In this document: piece by piece, positions 12,759 to 25,306 of the stretch
Layout of the letters: the number at the start of each line of letters is the position of its first letter
Position numbering within the stretch: the stretch's first letter is position 1
Source: Mesotaenium endlicherianum
Taxonomy: Eukaryota
Reading direction: 5' to 3'
Assembly: GCA_009602735.1 (NCBI GenBank)
Contig: WELA01000963.1
Location: 340,192 to 387,695, forward strand
DNA: 47,504 bases
Notes under the pieces: model-generated
What the model saw: the letters and a program-made list of their open reading frames with translations, nothing else
Database searches by the model: none
Told to the model about the DNA's origin: nothing
Made by a program: the position numbers and the translations under genes

Positions 12759-13503
12759 TGTAAGGTCATAGGTTTATAAAGTGCATTTTTGAGTTTCATG
12801 AAAGTGTGTTTTGTTTGTATAATAGTATAAAGTGCATTTTTGTGGTCATTTTGATATAAAGTTCATTGAATTTGGTCAAGTATTGAGAGAGTTATGGATT
12901 TCCGAAAGTTTAATTAGTTTTGAGGTCGGTTGACGACTGTCCTTAATTGGCGGTGAGCGCGACCGTCGGATTGACCGACAGCGTCGAGCGATCTGGCCCG
13001 TTAGAATGAACTCGAACCTTCACGTAAGTTCGGCTGACGCGGAGTGCCGACTAGGTCGATTTACCTAGAAGTTTCGGTTTAGCCTAGCGCGTCTAAGATA
13101 GAGTATTCTAGTAATGTCGATGCATGTATGTGGATGTCAATTCGGCCCGACACGTCAGATTAGACTGATCTGGCTTACTCACGAATATTCTGGAAGGGAC
13201 GATTTGACGAACACTGAGGAAAATCCGTAGCTTCCTCCTAGAGAGGAGCACTTAGGCAGAAAATTATAAATAGGCATAACTTCTTTCTTTCTTATCAGTT
13301 TTCACTTCTGTAAATTTCTACGGGTTTGTAATGACCAGGCCTTTTATCCTACATCATTTGTGAGCAGTTTCTTGCTACTCAAAATGTTGAGTCTTATTTC
13401 TAAGCTTTGTTAGTGATATGCCGCTGCACTCTCTAGTATGATGGCAACTAGTTCCTTTCCTCGTGAGTCACTACGCTTCCACTAGGGCACTCTGCCCCTT
13501 TCA
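12759..13503 (+). mobile_element. Solo LTR of family B inserted in the pol of element A
   Basis: 745 bp TGTAAGG..CCCTTTCA flanked by a perfect 5-bp TSD GCTTG (12754-12758 and 13504-13508). Closely matches 24565-25306. Confidence 0.95.
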
Positions 13504-16500
13504 GCTTGAGTGTTCTTTCCTTTTATCCATACTGTCCATCGTTACGGCTACACCGTTCAAGCCAGTACCCTGAAGATCTAGGAAAAACGGATCTTTGAGA
13601 TAGCCCTCGTGAAATAGTTGATGCAGGTCAAATACTTCCGAGTTATGCATGCTATCCAAATCGGGTGTGCCCGCGTCATCATGCTGGTTGCGGTCAGATG
13701 TCTGGGGGGTTACAGCAGAATCAAGGATGGCCGCCCTCGAACCCTGACCATTTTGTTCTCGCAAGCTAGCAACAGTCCCCAACATCAAGTGGTGATGAGG
13801 AATTCGACTTAGAGGATCAGCAACATTGTTGCGGCCTGGGCGATATGCCCACTCAAAGTGGAATCGTTGCAAGAAGGCAGACCATCTCGTTTGTCTCCTC
13901 GATAGCGTTGGCTGAATTTGAAAAAAGGTATATGGGCAGTGGTCCGTAACCATTGTCAAACCCTTGCAGCCTTCCAAATAACATCGCCAAGTTTTCAAAG
14001 CGTATATCACTGCCCAGAGCTCCAACTCTGTCGTTGAGTAATTTTGTTCGGCAGTTGTCAGCTTTTGACTCTCAAAACTGATAGGCTTGTCTGCCTGCAG
14101 TTGAACAGCCCCTATTCCAACACCAGACGCATCGGCGACTACCTCGTAAGGAAAGTCGAGATTGGCTAATGAAAGAAGTGGCGTATTAGTGAATGCATAC
14201 TGAACGCGCTCAAACGCATGTTGCGTATTCTCATCCCAAATGAATGGTCTTATCTTTCCTTTGTCAGAGCAGTGAGTGGCGCGGCCATCACTGAATAACC
14301 TTGCATAAACTTACAAAAGTAGTTAGCAAACCCAAGGAATGAACGTACAGTATGTACATCTTTCGGGACAGGCCAGTCTGCTACGCACGCTATCTTGTCT
14401 GGGTCCGGGCGCACCCTTTTCGAATCCACTACATGTCCGAGGTACAAAAGTTCATCCTTTAAAAAGAACATTTCTTTTGCTTAGCATACAGCTGTTGCTC
14501 ACGAAGGATTTGCAACACCAACTTGAGGTGCTTGTAATGCTCGGCCCTGGTCTTTGAATAGACGAGGATATTGTCGAGGTAAACCTGGACAAATTTCCCC
14601 AAGTAAGGTCTAAACAAATCGTTTATCGTACTTTGGAATGTCGCTGGTGCATTGGTAAGTCCAAAACTTAGGACTTTGTATTGGAAGTGCCCAATAGGCG
14701 TACGAAGCGCTGTGTTGGGGACATCCTCTGGTGTGATTCGAATCTGATGATAGCCTTGGGCTAAATCAAGCGAGGAGAACACGCATGCCCCCTGCAGCGA
14801 ATCAAAAAAATCATCAATGCGAGGCAACGAATAGCGGTTCTTGTTCGTGATATTGTTCAACGCACGATAATCAATGCACCGTCTAAGCGTCCCATCTTTC
14901 TTTTGAACAGATAGGATGGGCGCCCCGAACAGAGAAGAGCTCGGCTTAATTGATCCTTTCTGAAGCAAGTCGGTAATTTGGTCCTTCATTTCAGTCATTT
15001 CCAACGGGCTTAGGCGATAAATTGGTCGCCAAGTTGAGAATCGTGAATGAGAGGGATTGTATGTCCAATACCTCTATCAGGCGGAAGCTCGGCTGGTATT
15101 TCACTTGGAAACACTGACTTGCACTATTGCAGAAGAGCAAAAAGTTCAGCTGTGAGTGTGTCCTCATGACCAGTAACGTCTAAAATCGGCTCTTTCGTAA
15201 AGAGCGTAGTGGAAGTTCTTGGGGAATCGGGTCTTAGTAATCCATAGAAAACATTTTGACTTTGCTTTGCCAAACGTCGAGCTTGCTTTATGGACAATAG
15301 AAGAGTCTTCGAAGGACTATCCAAGGCCATATCGGGCTTAAGGGACTGAAGAGTGATCTTCTTGGTCCCTTTGCGTACAATGCATGTCTTTTGACCGAAG
15401 TCAAGCAATGCACTTGTATGCGTAAGCCAATCGTTACCCAAAACTGCGTCAATTCCATGTGGCAATTCAGTTACGTAGAAATGTACACGCCCATGAAAGG
15501 ACTACACGCTGAGCGGTAATTTAATCGTTCTAAACATACAAGCTAACGAGCCATCGCCGAGGCGAAGGGTCTCGTCCTTGAGTATTGGAAGCAACTTCAT
15601 CCCTTGTGCAAAACGTGCACTAATGAAGCTCACTGATGCGCCTGAATCAATGACTGTAAAGCATGATTTGCCTGAAACTTTTGTTTCAAATGTCACACTT
15701 AACCCAAAAGAAGCATTATGCATCACTAGCAATGTCCTCGCCTTGAGAGGAATGTGGGAAATATGGAGGTCCTTTACCAAAATTCCATTTTGCATTGCCA
15801 TCCGCGTGGGAAACCGAGTTATCGGGTGAGAATGCGCGCGTCGATATGTAAATGCAGCAATATAAATTGGTGCACGACACTGGTGCATTTTTTGTAAGCG
15901 AGGATAAGTGTGCGTAACACTTGGCAAGGTTAGGATCATGCGGCTGAAAGTGCAAGAACATGGTATCATGGATGCACTCGAATTCCAAGAACTCAGGTAA
16001 GCTCAACACTTGCATGCAAATATATTTGTTTTGAAGTATATTTATATCGGGTATGCCAGAGTAAACAAGATTCTTTGGTGCGTGCGCACAAACACCTAGA
16101 GTTTCCTGCTCACTAAGTCGTGTTGTCAATAGCTCAGAAGGAGGCTTTGCGGCTATCTCCTGAGCTACTCTTTTACAGGCCCCTTGTCTTTCCCCTTGGG
16201 ATTGTTTCTCGAATCCTTTCTAGTAGGACATGCCAAGATCGTATGCCCATGTTTCTCACAGCTAAAACACAGCCCTTCTGCCATCATGCGATTGCGAGCT
16301 TCTGTGTTGTCTATCTTGCCTACCTTGGGAGGTGGACCATTGGATCTAGCACTATTACCCGCGCCATTGGGATAGTTCCTCATTGGAGCGGCATTATTAG
16401 AACTAGGACACGACAATGGAGGACGTGATGGACGAGCTGCCTGAAGTTTAGGCGCAGCGACCGACTCCTCCTGGGCTAAAATCTCGGTATAACAAATGAG

Positions 16501-17596
16501 ATCGGCAATGGCTGTCCATTCCAAACCGATGACTGGGTTTACGTTGAGACATTTAGCGTATTCCGCCTCGAGCCCCAAGCGAAAGAGGTGAATTTGCATC
16601 CCAGTATCGACTGGAACATCCACTATCTGGGCGACTAAGATACGAAACTTATTGACATAGGTTTCGACATTGCCTGTCTGCTTGAGTTGAAGCAACTTAT
16701 CACGAGCTAGCTTTGATGGATTGTGACGCCCAAAGGAATTGCGTAACTCAGTATTATTTTTTTGAAAGTCATCAGCCCCCTCTCAACCCATGCCATAACT
16801 GCGATGCGTGCCCCTTGAGAAAAGTGGAAGCCATCATGTCTTGGTTGGTAGGGGCCACTTTAGCTAACGCAAAGAAGATTTTGAGTTTTTTGAGAAAACG
16901 GCGTACGTCAGAACCTGGACCGCCCTGAAACTTTTCAGGCGGTGAAGGCTTGTACAAAGGCGTTGGTGCCGCGGCCTGCCCAAGGATGGCGGGCGAGATT
17001 GGCGGGTTGGCGTTGTCGCCGGCGGTCCCTGATGGGCCCGGCATCCCTTAGGCAGCCTGTAAGAAAGGACCAATCGAAGGGTGAGTGTCCATGGCAGCAA
17101 CAAAGCGAGTGACAAGGTCCGCCAACTCAGTATGAGTAACCTCAGCAACATTAACACGGTCTTCTGTACGACCAATGACATCGGACAAGGTGCTTACAGC
17201 CATTGTCATGGTTTGTCTGTCAGTTGTCAAGGCCGTAAAGCGTTGTAAAATTGTCTGCTGGAAAGTGCGCGGCGAAATTGGTTTGTTGGGCAGTCCTCAA
17301 GCATTGCCGGCGTTGACAACAGGAACGGTAAGAGCAGCAGCAGCGGCGGCAGCAGCGGCGGCAGTAGTAGCAACGGCGGCAACAGCAGCAACAGCAGCCT
17401 CGGCACCATTTTCGCCCTCCATATGGAAGCCGAGATAGCGCCAGAAGAGAGAGAAAAAATTTCCTGTCAAAATACGATAAGCGACCGTTGGGTCAGGGCA
17501 GGACTGGGATGAGTGACCTTCCCAATACAAAAAATTGCCCCAAAATATATTTTCCAACCACTAAAAAAAAACAAAATCCTTGGAGAAACCGAGATC

Positions 17597-17609
17597 GGCT
17601 CCGATACCA
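17597..17609 (-). promoter_or_regulatory. Primer-binding site (tRNA-iMet type) of element A
   Basis: Minus strand reads TGGTATCGGAGCC, 1 nt after the LTR end, matching the usual TGGTATCAGAGC with one mismatch. Confidence 0.9.
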
Positions 17610-17610
17610 A

Positions 17611-18278
17611 TGTAACATTTCTGCTTTTCAAGAGGATCTTACCTCACTATTCAAGGAATATTTAAATGAAGTGGAAAGAAAATCTATATACTTGTGCAAA
17701 TTGACAAATCCTCGAGAAAGCGAAAATGAAAACTAACGTAGAATGTGTGCTTGTGAGAGTTGCACTCACAATGACTCTGCAGGTATTTACACCTGCACGA
17801 CGTGAGGCACTGGAGTGCTTCAAGTCACCACCTAGGGCACTGGTTCATGTCAACAAAAACAGGCGAAGAGGTACAACCCGTTTCGGCTGAATGCTCGAAA
17901 TGCGCCGTTTGGCCGTTTGGAGATTTTTCGACGATTTCCGAAAAACCGTTTTGCGCCAAACGGGCGTTTTCGCGTTCTCGCAACTTTTTGAAAAGTCGTA
18001 ACTGTTTGCGGAGTCGCGTACACATGCTTTTTGTCATGAACCGATAGTTATAAAAACTACTTCGCCAATCGGTTAGGTGAGAACGTTTTAAACGACAGGT
18101 CGCGGGTTCGAATCTGTTCAGATGCAAAGTCGCTTTGCATATTATGTGTCGTTTGACTTTTACGTCTGTTTGTTTGTATTAACGACTGGTCGTAAATCCG
18201 AAATCTGTGATTGTGCATTATTTGAAATAATGGCAATCAAAATAACTTAATCAAACAATGATTGATTAAAGTTATCAT
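17611..18278 (-). repeat. 5' LTR of element A, interrupted at 18279
   Basis: Direct repeat of 10258-~10924. The remaining ~250 bp are not found in the window. Confidence 0.92.
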
Positions 18279-19639
18279 TGTCGTGACTAACAGTGTCGGA
18301 CCCCCTTGGCACGTGCGTCCTGGCACGTGAGGAATCAACCGGGTTGATCAACCCTTGCACATGTGTCGGTAACAGGCTGGTCGGGGGTTGACCATCCCCG
18401 GTCTGCCTGCACTGGCATCATACGGTGGGGCATTCCACACTAAATAGAAATCTTCAAAAAAGATATCTTATACTCAGTTTCCCTTACAAGAACAGAAGCG
18501 TCTTACTTCCACACAGGCTTTCGCCCAAGTTGAGGATTTACAGGATGAACACGTTTGTAGTTTGCGAAAATCACGTCTAAGCAGCTTAACAGGCAATGCC
18601 AGATACGAAGAAAATCGCCCTTCAAGTCTTTCGCTTAACTTACACAAGTTACAGCTCACAAAACTCTGAAATTGCACATCTATGCTGGTCTGGTCTAGCT
18701 CTTCACTCAACACCGCGCCTTAACAATTCTTCACTGCTTGGCTGGGCTCACTCAGTTCTTCACTGAGAGCTTTACTTGTTGATACTACTCTTGCTATCAG
18801 CAATTCAACGGTTGAGACTTCTGAGAACTTGGAAACTTACACAGCACTCACCATTTTAAGTGGCTTTCGCACTCTTGTGGTGTTCAACCCGAATCTTTGC
18901 TAATCTCCTAACAGATTCTATTTTGCAACTCTCTACCTTCTACCAGCGAGATCCCCTCTTTAGAACTCCTGAGGTCTAACCTTTCTATGATACACTTGAG
19001 AAGAGATCTTCTAGCGTCGGCAGAAGCGTGGCGTCTCAACTCTTCTGTGGCCTTGGAAACTCCTTCTCCTTCAGGCACCTTCTTCTCCTTTCCTTTTGTA
19101 CCTGTGTCTTCAGCTTTCTTGACAACGCCATACGAGCCAGAATGAGGCAGCTTCAGGCAGGGCTCGTGCCTTCACAGGCACCACACATTATACTCTCTCG
19201 AGAATGCCAGTGCTTAGTCACAGCACTTAGCTTGCATGCCGTCCTTACCTAGCAACCTTCAAACAGCTTCGAAGTTGTCATCCAGCATGCATGCATGCCT
19301 TGGGAATGTTGCGCGTGACTGCTTAGCCTTTCAGCTGGCAATCATGCCTATGTGGCTGGCGGCTGGCAGCATTTGAGATGAACGCTCAAGCCGTGCCTAG
19401 TCACTTGAGGGTCTTGGCCGAGGTGGCACGTGACGCCTCTGCAACATCCAAGCTGTACTTGGCTTAGGCAGCCAATTAATCCGCACCTTTCTTGGCACTT
19501 GTTGGGCTGGCCCATTGCTGGTTCCAGGCCCCTAGCCTTTCGGTTGACTACTTCATCCAAATTCCCACCCATCCCTGGGTGTGGGATTTGACGTGTCGTG
19601 ACCACTTTGACAGTAACGACGATTTTGACATAACTGCTG
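18279..19639 (-). mobile_element. LTR fragment of the DNMT-carrying family (family C), inserted in LTR A and itself interrupted by element B
   Basis: 18480-19590 is a diverged reverse complement of ~40590-41665 (e.g. CACTCAGTTCTTCACTGAGAGCTTTA vs TAAAGCTCTCAGTGAAGAACTGAGTG). The terminus TGTCGTGACT mirrors TGTCGCGACT at 40431. Confidence 0.85.
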
Positions 19640-20883
19640 TGTAAGGTCATAGGTATATAAAGGGCATTTTTATGTTTCATGAAAGTATTTTTTTGATTGT
19701 ATAGTAGTGTAGAGTGGATTTTTGTGGTCATTTTGATATGAAGTTCATCAAAATTGGTCAAGTATTGAGAGAGTAATGGATTTCCGAAGTTTAATTAATT
19801 TTGAAATCGGTTGACGATTGTCATTAATTGGCGGTGAGCGCGAACGTCGGATTGACCGACAGCGTCAAGCGATCAAGCCCGTTAGAATGAACTCGAACCT
19901 TCACGTAAGTTCGGCTGACGCGGAGTGCCGACTAGGTCGATTTACCTAGAAGTTTCGATTTAGCCTAGCGCGTCTAAGATAGAATATTCTAGTAATGTCG
20001 ATGCATGTATGTGGACGTCAATTCGGCCCGACACGTCAGATTAGACTGATCTGGCTTTCTCACAAATATTCTGGAGGAGAAGTCTACGCCCACTTTCAAC
20101 AAAATATGCGTGCGGAGGTGGAGAGAATGGTGCGAGTTGTTGTTGGGAACGCCACTTCGACAGGTTTGGCACCTGCACCTGTTGTACCACCTATTCATGT
20201 TAACCCAGTGGTGCAACCAGTTATTCCACCCGCATCGGGAGTGCGTGCTCCAAAGCCTGAAGTGTACACTGGGGAGCATGGATCGCCGCCTGTTCATCAA
20301 TGAATTTTTGGAGTGAGGAAGTTTATGGAGTATTCTGCGCTCACGCCCCACAAGCAAGTCGCCTTTGTGATTACTTTGCTGAAGAAGAGTGCTAGAGCTT
20401 GATATGAGCAACAGGAGCAGCTGTTTTGATATCTTGCTACTGTTGATCAGCTGTTTGAAGGCTTGAAGAGGAAATTTTAACCTATTGCACCCGAGGCTAC
20501 CGCTCGAAATCTATTGGTGCGCCTTCGTCAACGAGCAAGCGTTCAAGAGTATGTATCGCGCTTCAACGAGCTGGTGCTTCAATGTCCATCCATGCACGAG
20601 TCGGAGATGATGGACAAGTTCAAGAGGGGACTCAAGCCAACTGTGGCCAAGGAAGTGGCACTCAAGGACCCTACCAGTGTTGGAGAAATGATGGCATTGG
20701 CAACAAGGGTCGACGCTGTGGAATGTAGTCAGAGGCAGTGGGGTAGCCACAACTTTGGAGGATATCAACACTTTGGATCTCAAGCGCCAAGCACGAGTGT
20801 TCAAGGTCAGTACCTAAGGAATTGGGACTTGTTCAGTACCCGCGCAGGCAGCAGAATTTTAAGCCGAGAGGACCCTGCTATAA

Positions 20884-23800
20884 TTGTGGCGAGCTTGGAC
20901 ATTTGGCTCGAGACTGTCATATGAAGGCGAAGCAACCTCAACAACAGGAAAAAGGAGGACGCCAATAAGTCGTTCTGGGGTGTCTACTGGCGTGAAGAAG
21001 GAAACTCACAAGGAGGTTATTCTCTGGAGCATGTTGAGAAGCGAAAGACGAAAAGTTGACAAGCCTATCGTCGTGGAAGGAGTAGTCGACGGCAACAAGG
21101 CGAAGTGTACGGTTGACAATGGCGCAAGTGCAAATTTTGTGCGCGAGAAGTTGGTGAAAGAATGGCAAATCCCTGTGCAGAAGCATTATGAGCCTAAGGA
21201 GGCAATTTTGGCAAATGGGCAGAGACTCAAGTGTGGTGCACCTACGGAAGCTATTCACGTGGAAGTAGCGGGGCACCGGAGTAAGGAAGTTATGGAGCAG
21301 GCAGAGTTGGGTCACCATGAGGTGATATTGGGCCGACCATGGCTAAGGAAAGCCAACCCTCAAGTGCACTGGAGCACAGGACAAGTGAAAGTCCAAGGGC
21401 GTGATGGTCGAATGGAGACAGCAAAACAGGTGGAGGTAGATACGACCACAAGTAACTGTCTTTTGTCGAGCCTGCAAGTTAAGAAGCTATGCAGGGCGAA
21501 TCAGGTGAAGGAGATGTACCTTGTTTTGGTGGCCCTGGCCAGGTTATCAGATGGACCAAGCGTGAATCTTAACAGCCTGGGCAAATGTACATCGCAGGAG
21601 GAGCAAGTAGTGGTGTCTGATCCCCTTGCTCAGAAGGAGCAGAGCCCAATTGCTCAAGAGGAGAAGCCTGCTGAGATGCCTGCCCAAATTAAGGAGCTGT
21701 TGGAGGAGTTCAAGTGCGTGTTTCCTGAGGAGCTACCTGCAGGATTACCTCCACAGAGAGCTATGAAGCACAAGATTGAGTTGGAACCAGGGAGCAAGCC
21801 ACCAGTAAGACCCGCCTATTGTCAATCGTTTGCGGAGTTGGACGAGTTGAAGAAGCAGCTGACAAAGTTATTGGAGAAGGGATTCATCCGACCCAGCGAG
21901 TCTCCATTTGCAGCGCCAGTCTTATTTGTGAAGAAGAAGGATGGGACTATAAGGATGTGTGTCGACTACCGGGCACTCNCGACTACCGGCTCTCAACAAG
22001 GTCACCATCAAGAACAAGTACCCACTTTCACGAGTGGACGAGTTAATTGACAGGCTTGTCGGGGCGAAGTATTTTTCGAAGATCGATTTAAGAAGTGGCT
22101 ATCACCAGGTCCGGATTGTGGAAGGAGACGTTCAGAAGACTGCTTTCAGGACTCGCTATGGTTTATTTGAGTTTACAGTCATGCCTTTTGGGCTGACTAA
22201 TGCACCTGCTACATTCCTGGGACTCATGAATAGTATCTTCAGACCCTTCTTGGACCAGTTTGTGGTGGTATTTTTGGACGACATACTTATCTATTCGAAG
22301 ACCTTGGAAGAGCATGTGGAGCATTTGAGGAAGGTATTGGAGGTCTTGAGAGATCAAAAGTTATATGGGAAGATGAGCAAGTGCGACTTCTTTCTTAAGG
22401 AGGTCAAGTTTCTTGGGCACATAGTGGGAGCTGAAGGAGTCAAGGTGGAGCAGAAGAAGGTGCAAGCAGTCAGAGATTGGCCGGTGCCTGCTGATAATCA
22501 TCAATTCAGGAGTTTCCTCGGCATGGCGAATTATTATGGACGTTTCATTGAAGGATTTGCGAAGGTGCGTGCACCGCTCAAGGACATGTTAAAGAAGCAG
22601 GAGAAGTGGCTATGGGGTGACAAGGAGCAGCAAGCCTTTGAGAAGATTAAGGAGCTGTTGACACAGGCACCTGTGTTGGCAATTGCAAGTCTCGAGCTTT
22701 CTTTCACCATCATCACGGATGCATCAGATTTTGCAGTGGGAGCCATTCTTCTCCAAGACCAGGGTAAAGGATTGCAGCCTGTGGCATATGAGAGCAGGAA
22801 GTTGAGTCTTGCGGAGCAGAACTATGCAGCACACGAGCGGGAGATGTTGGCTATTATCCAGGCTTTGGCAATGTTATGTGGACGGCCGGAAGGTGTTCAT
22901 CAAGACCGACCACAAGAGCTTGGAAAAGTTCATGACGCAGCCAACGTTGACACTAGGACAAGCAAGGTGGATGGAGTTTCTGCATCAGTTCCACCACAAG
23001 ATTGAGTACTTACCTGGGAAGATCAACCCTGCAGACGCTTTATCCAGAAGGTGTGACCTTGCAGCCGTCTCAGTCATTAAGGAGAGTATGGACTTCCAGG
23101 AGAAGCTTCAGAGAGGTTCTGAGGAGGACCCAAGAGTTTGCTGATCGTGGAGCAGCTGAGTCCAACTCGAATATGCAGAAGAAGGACGGCATATGATATT
23201 ATGGTGAATCCAAGAGAGTGGTGGTACCTGACATCAAGGAGCTACGAGACTTACTACTTGCGGAGCATCATGACTGCTTATATGCCGGACACTTTGGAAG
23301 CGAGAAGACGGCAAGTGTGTTGAAGCGGGAGTACTATTGGAGAAATATGGACAAGGACATCGAGGAGTGGATCAGGAGTTGCGATGCGTGCAAGAGAAAC
23401 AAGACACCAAATCAAAAGAAGGGAGGTACATTGCAACCCCTGCCTAATCTAGAGTACCCTTGGGAGCAGATTGCTATGGACTTTATCACAATTTTACCAG
23501 TGAGTAGTCAAGGATACAATGCAGTATGGGTTGTATCAGATAGACTCAGCAAGGTGGCCCACTTCATTCCCATGAAGGAGACTTGTACGGCAGCAGATGT
23601 GGCACGGCTCTTCTTTGATCATATTTTCAGGCTACATGGGTTGCCGAAGGTGATTGTTTCAAATCGGGATCCAAGATTTACTAGCAACTTCTGGCGGTCC
23701 TTGTTTACTTTGATAGGGACCAAGTTGAGTATGAGCACTTCCTATTATCCTCAGACAGACGGGCAGAGTGAGAGGCTCAACAAAACTCTGCAAGAGGTGC

Positions 23801-24550
23801 TCAGGAGTTTCACAATGGAAGACCCTTCAGAATCGGACAAGAAGCTGCCAGGGTTGGAGTTTGCCTACAACAATAGCATGCAGGTATCGACCAAGCAGTC
23901 ACCATTTGCGATGGTTTATGGAAGAGGAGTATATCATCCAGGGAATATCTTGTTGGAGAAGGCCAAGGAGACTCAGGTTCCTACTACACAAGCGTTTATG
24001 AAGCAGATGGCCAACACTTCGGATATGGCGAAGACGTTTTTTTCGGAAGGCACAGGAAGAGCAGGTCAAGCATGCTAACAAGCACACGAGGGAAGTGCTA
24101 TTCCATGTGGGCGACAAAGTACTCTTGTCCACAGAGAACCTACCTTTCACAGGCAAAAGGAAACTGCGGGCACCGTTTACGGGTCCCTTTGTAGTGCTCA
24201 AGCAGGTGAATCCAGTGGCCTACAAGTTGGAACTTCCTTCAGTCTGGCGTATCCATGATGTGTTCCATGTCAGTTGTTTGCGGCCATACGTTGACCCAAA
24301 CGAAGGACATCCAGGACAACTACCTACACCGCCACCACCGGTCGAGATCGATGATGTATTGGAGTATGAAGTGGAGGCGATTGTCGGCGATCGACGAGTA
24401 AAGCGAGGTCAACGATTTGTCCAAGATTATCGGGTTAAGTGAAAGGGCTACCATGCGGACGACAATACTTGGGAGCCAGAGGCCAACTTGACTCATTGTA
24501 AGAGTAAGTTGAGACGTCATTTACAGAAAGAGTCTAGGACGACGCATCTT
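20884..24550 (+). pseudogene. pol (PR-RT-RH-INT-chromodomain) of element B, frameshifted
   Basis: ORF pieces 20884-22050, 21959-23005, 22809-23144, 23218-24078 and 24095-24442 tile a gypsy-order Pol. Confidence 0.92.
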
Positions 24551-24564
24551 GAGGAGGGGGATGA

Positions 24565-25306
24565 TGTAAGGTGATAGGTTTATAAAGTGCATTTTTGAGT
24601 TTCATGGAAGTATGTTTTGATTGTATAGTAGTGTAATATGCATTTTTGTGATCATTTTGATATAAAGTTCATCGAAATTGGTCAAGTATTGAGAGAGTTA
24701 TGGATTTCCGAAGTTTAATTAGTTTTGAGGTGGGTTGACGACTGTCCTTAATTTGCGGTGAGCGCGACCGTCGGATTGACCGACAGCGTCGAGCGATCTG
24801 GCCCGTTAGAATGAACTCGAACCTTCACATAAGTTCGGCTGACGCGGAGTGCCGACTAGGTCGATTTACTTAGAAGTTCCGGTTTAGCCTAGCGCGTCTA
24901 AGATAGAAAATTCTAGTAATCAATGCATGTATGTGGACGTCAATTTGGCCCGACATGTCAGATTAGACTGATCTGGCTTACTCACGAATATTTTGGTAGG
25001 GACGATTTGACGAACACTAAGAAAAATTCGTAGCTTCCTCCTAGGGAGGAGCACTTAGGCAGAAAATTATAAATAGGCTTAACTTCTTTGTTTCTTATCA
25101 GTTTTCACTTCTGTAAATTTCTACGGGTTCGTAATGATGAGGCCTTTCATCCTACATCATTTGTGAGCAGTTTCTTGTTAGTCAAAATGCCAAGTAATTT
25201 TCCTAAGCTTTGTTAGTGATATGCCGCTGCACTCTTTAGTGTGATCGCAACTAGTTCTTTTCGTCTTGAGTTACTACTCTTCCACTAGGGCACTCTGCCC
25301 CTGTCA
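24565..25306 (+). repeat. 3' LTR of element B (742 bp)
   Basis: TGTAAGG..CCCTGTCA, preceded by PPT GAGGAGGGGGATGA. Matches 12759-13503 and 19640-20075. Confidence 0.94.

Larger units (their letters stand above)
10258..18278 (-). mobile_element. Ty3/gypsy chromovirus LTR retrotransposon A (decayed)
   Basis: 3' LTR 10258-11174 (TG..CA); PPT 11175-11187; chromodomain ~11400-11570; GPF motif and integrase 11533-12720; RNase H ~13800-14200; RT 14250-15004 (YLDN); protease VIDSGAS ~15650; gag with CFSCEKHGHTILAC knuckle 16165-17230; tRNA-iMet-type PBS TGGTATCGGAGCC 17597-17609; 5' LTR 17611-18278, truncated. Confidence 0.95.
19640..25306 (+). mobile_element. Ty3/gypsy chromovirus LTR retrotransposon B (decayed; 5' LTR truncated)
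   Basis: 5' LTR part 19640-~20075 fused directly to gag with no PBS; gag with CYNCGELGHLARDC knuckle ending at 20968; protease VDNGAS; RT FLDD; RNase [11 protein letters not shown]; integrase HHCC plus core; GPF; chromodomain YEVEAIV..K*KGY..NTWEP; PPT 24551-24564; 3' LTR 24565-25306. Confidence 0.95.

Noticed and set aside
21960..21995. Short tandem duplication CGACTACCGG around a single N causing an RT frameshift
   Set aside because: Looks like a contig-overlap scaffolding artefact rather than biology.
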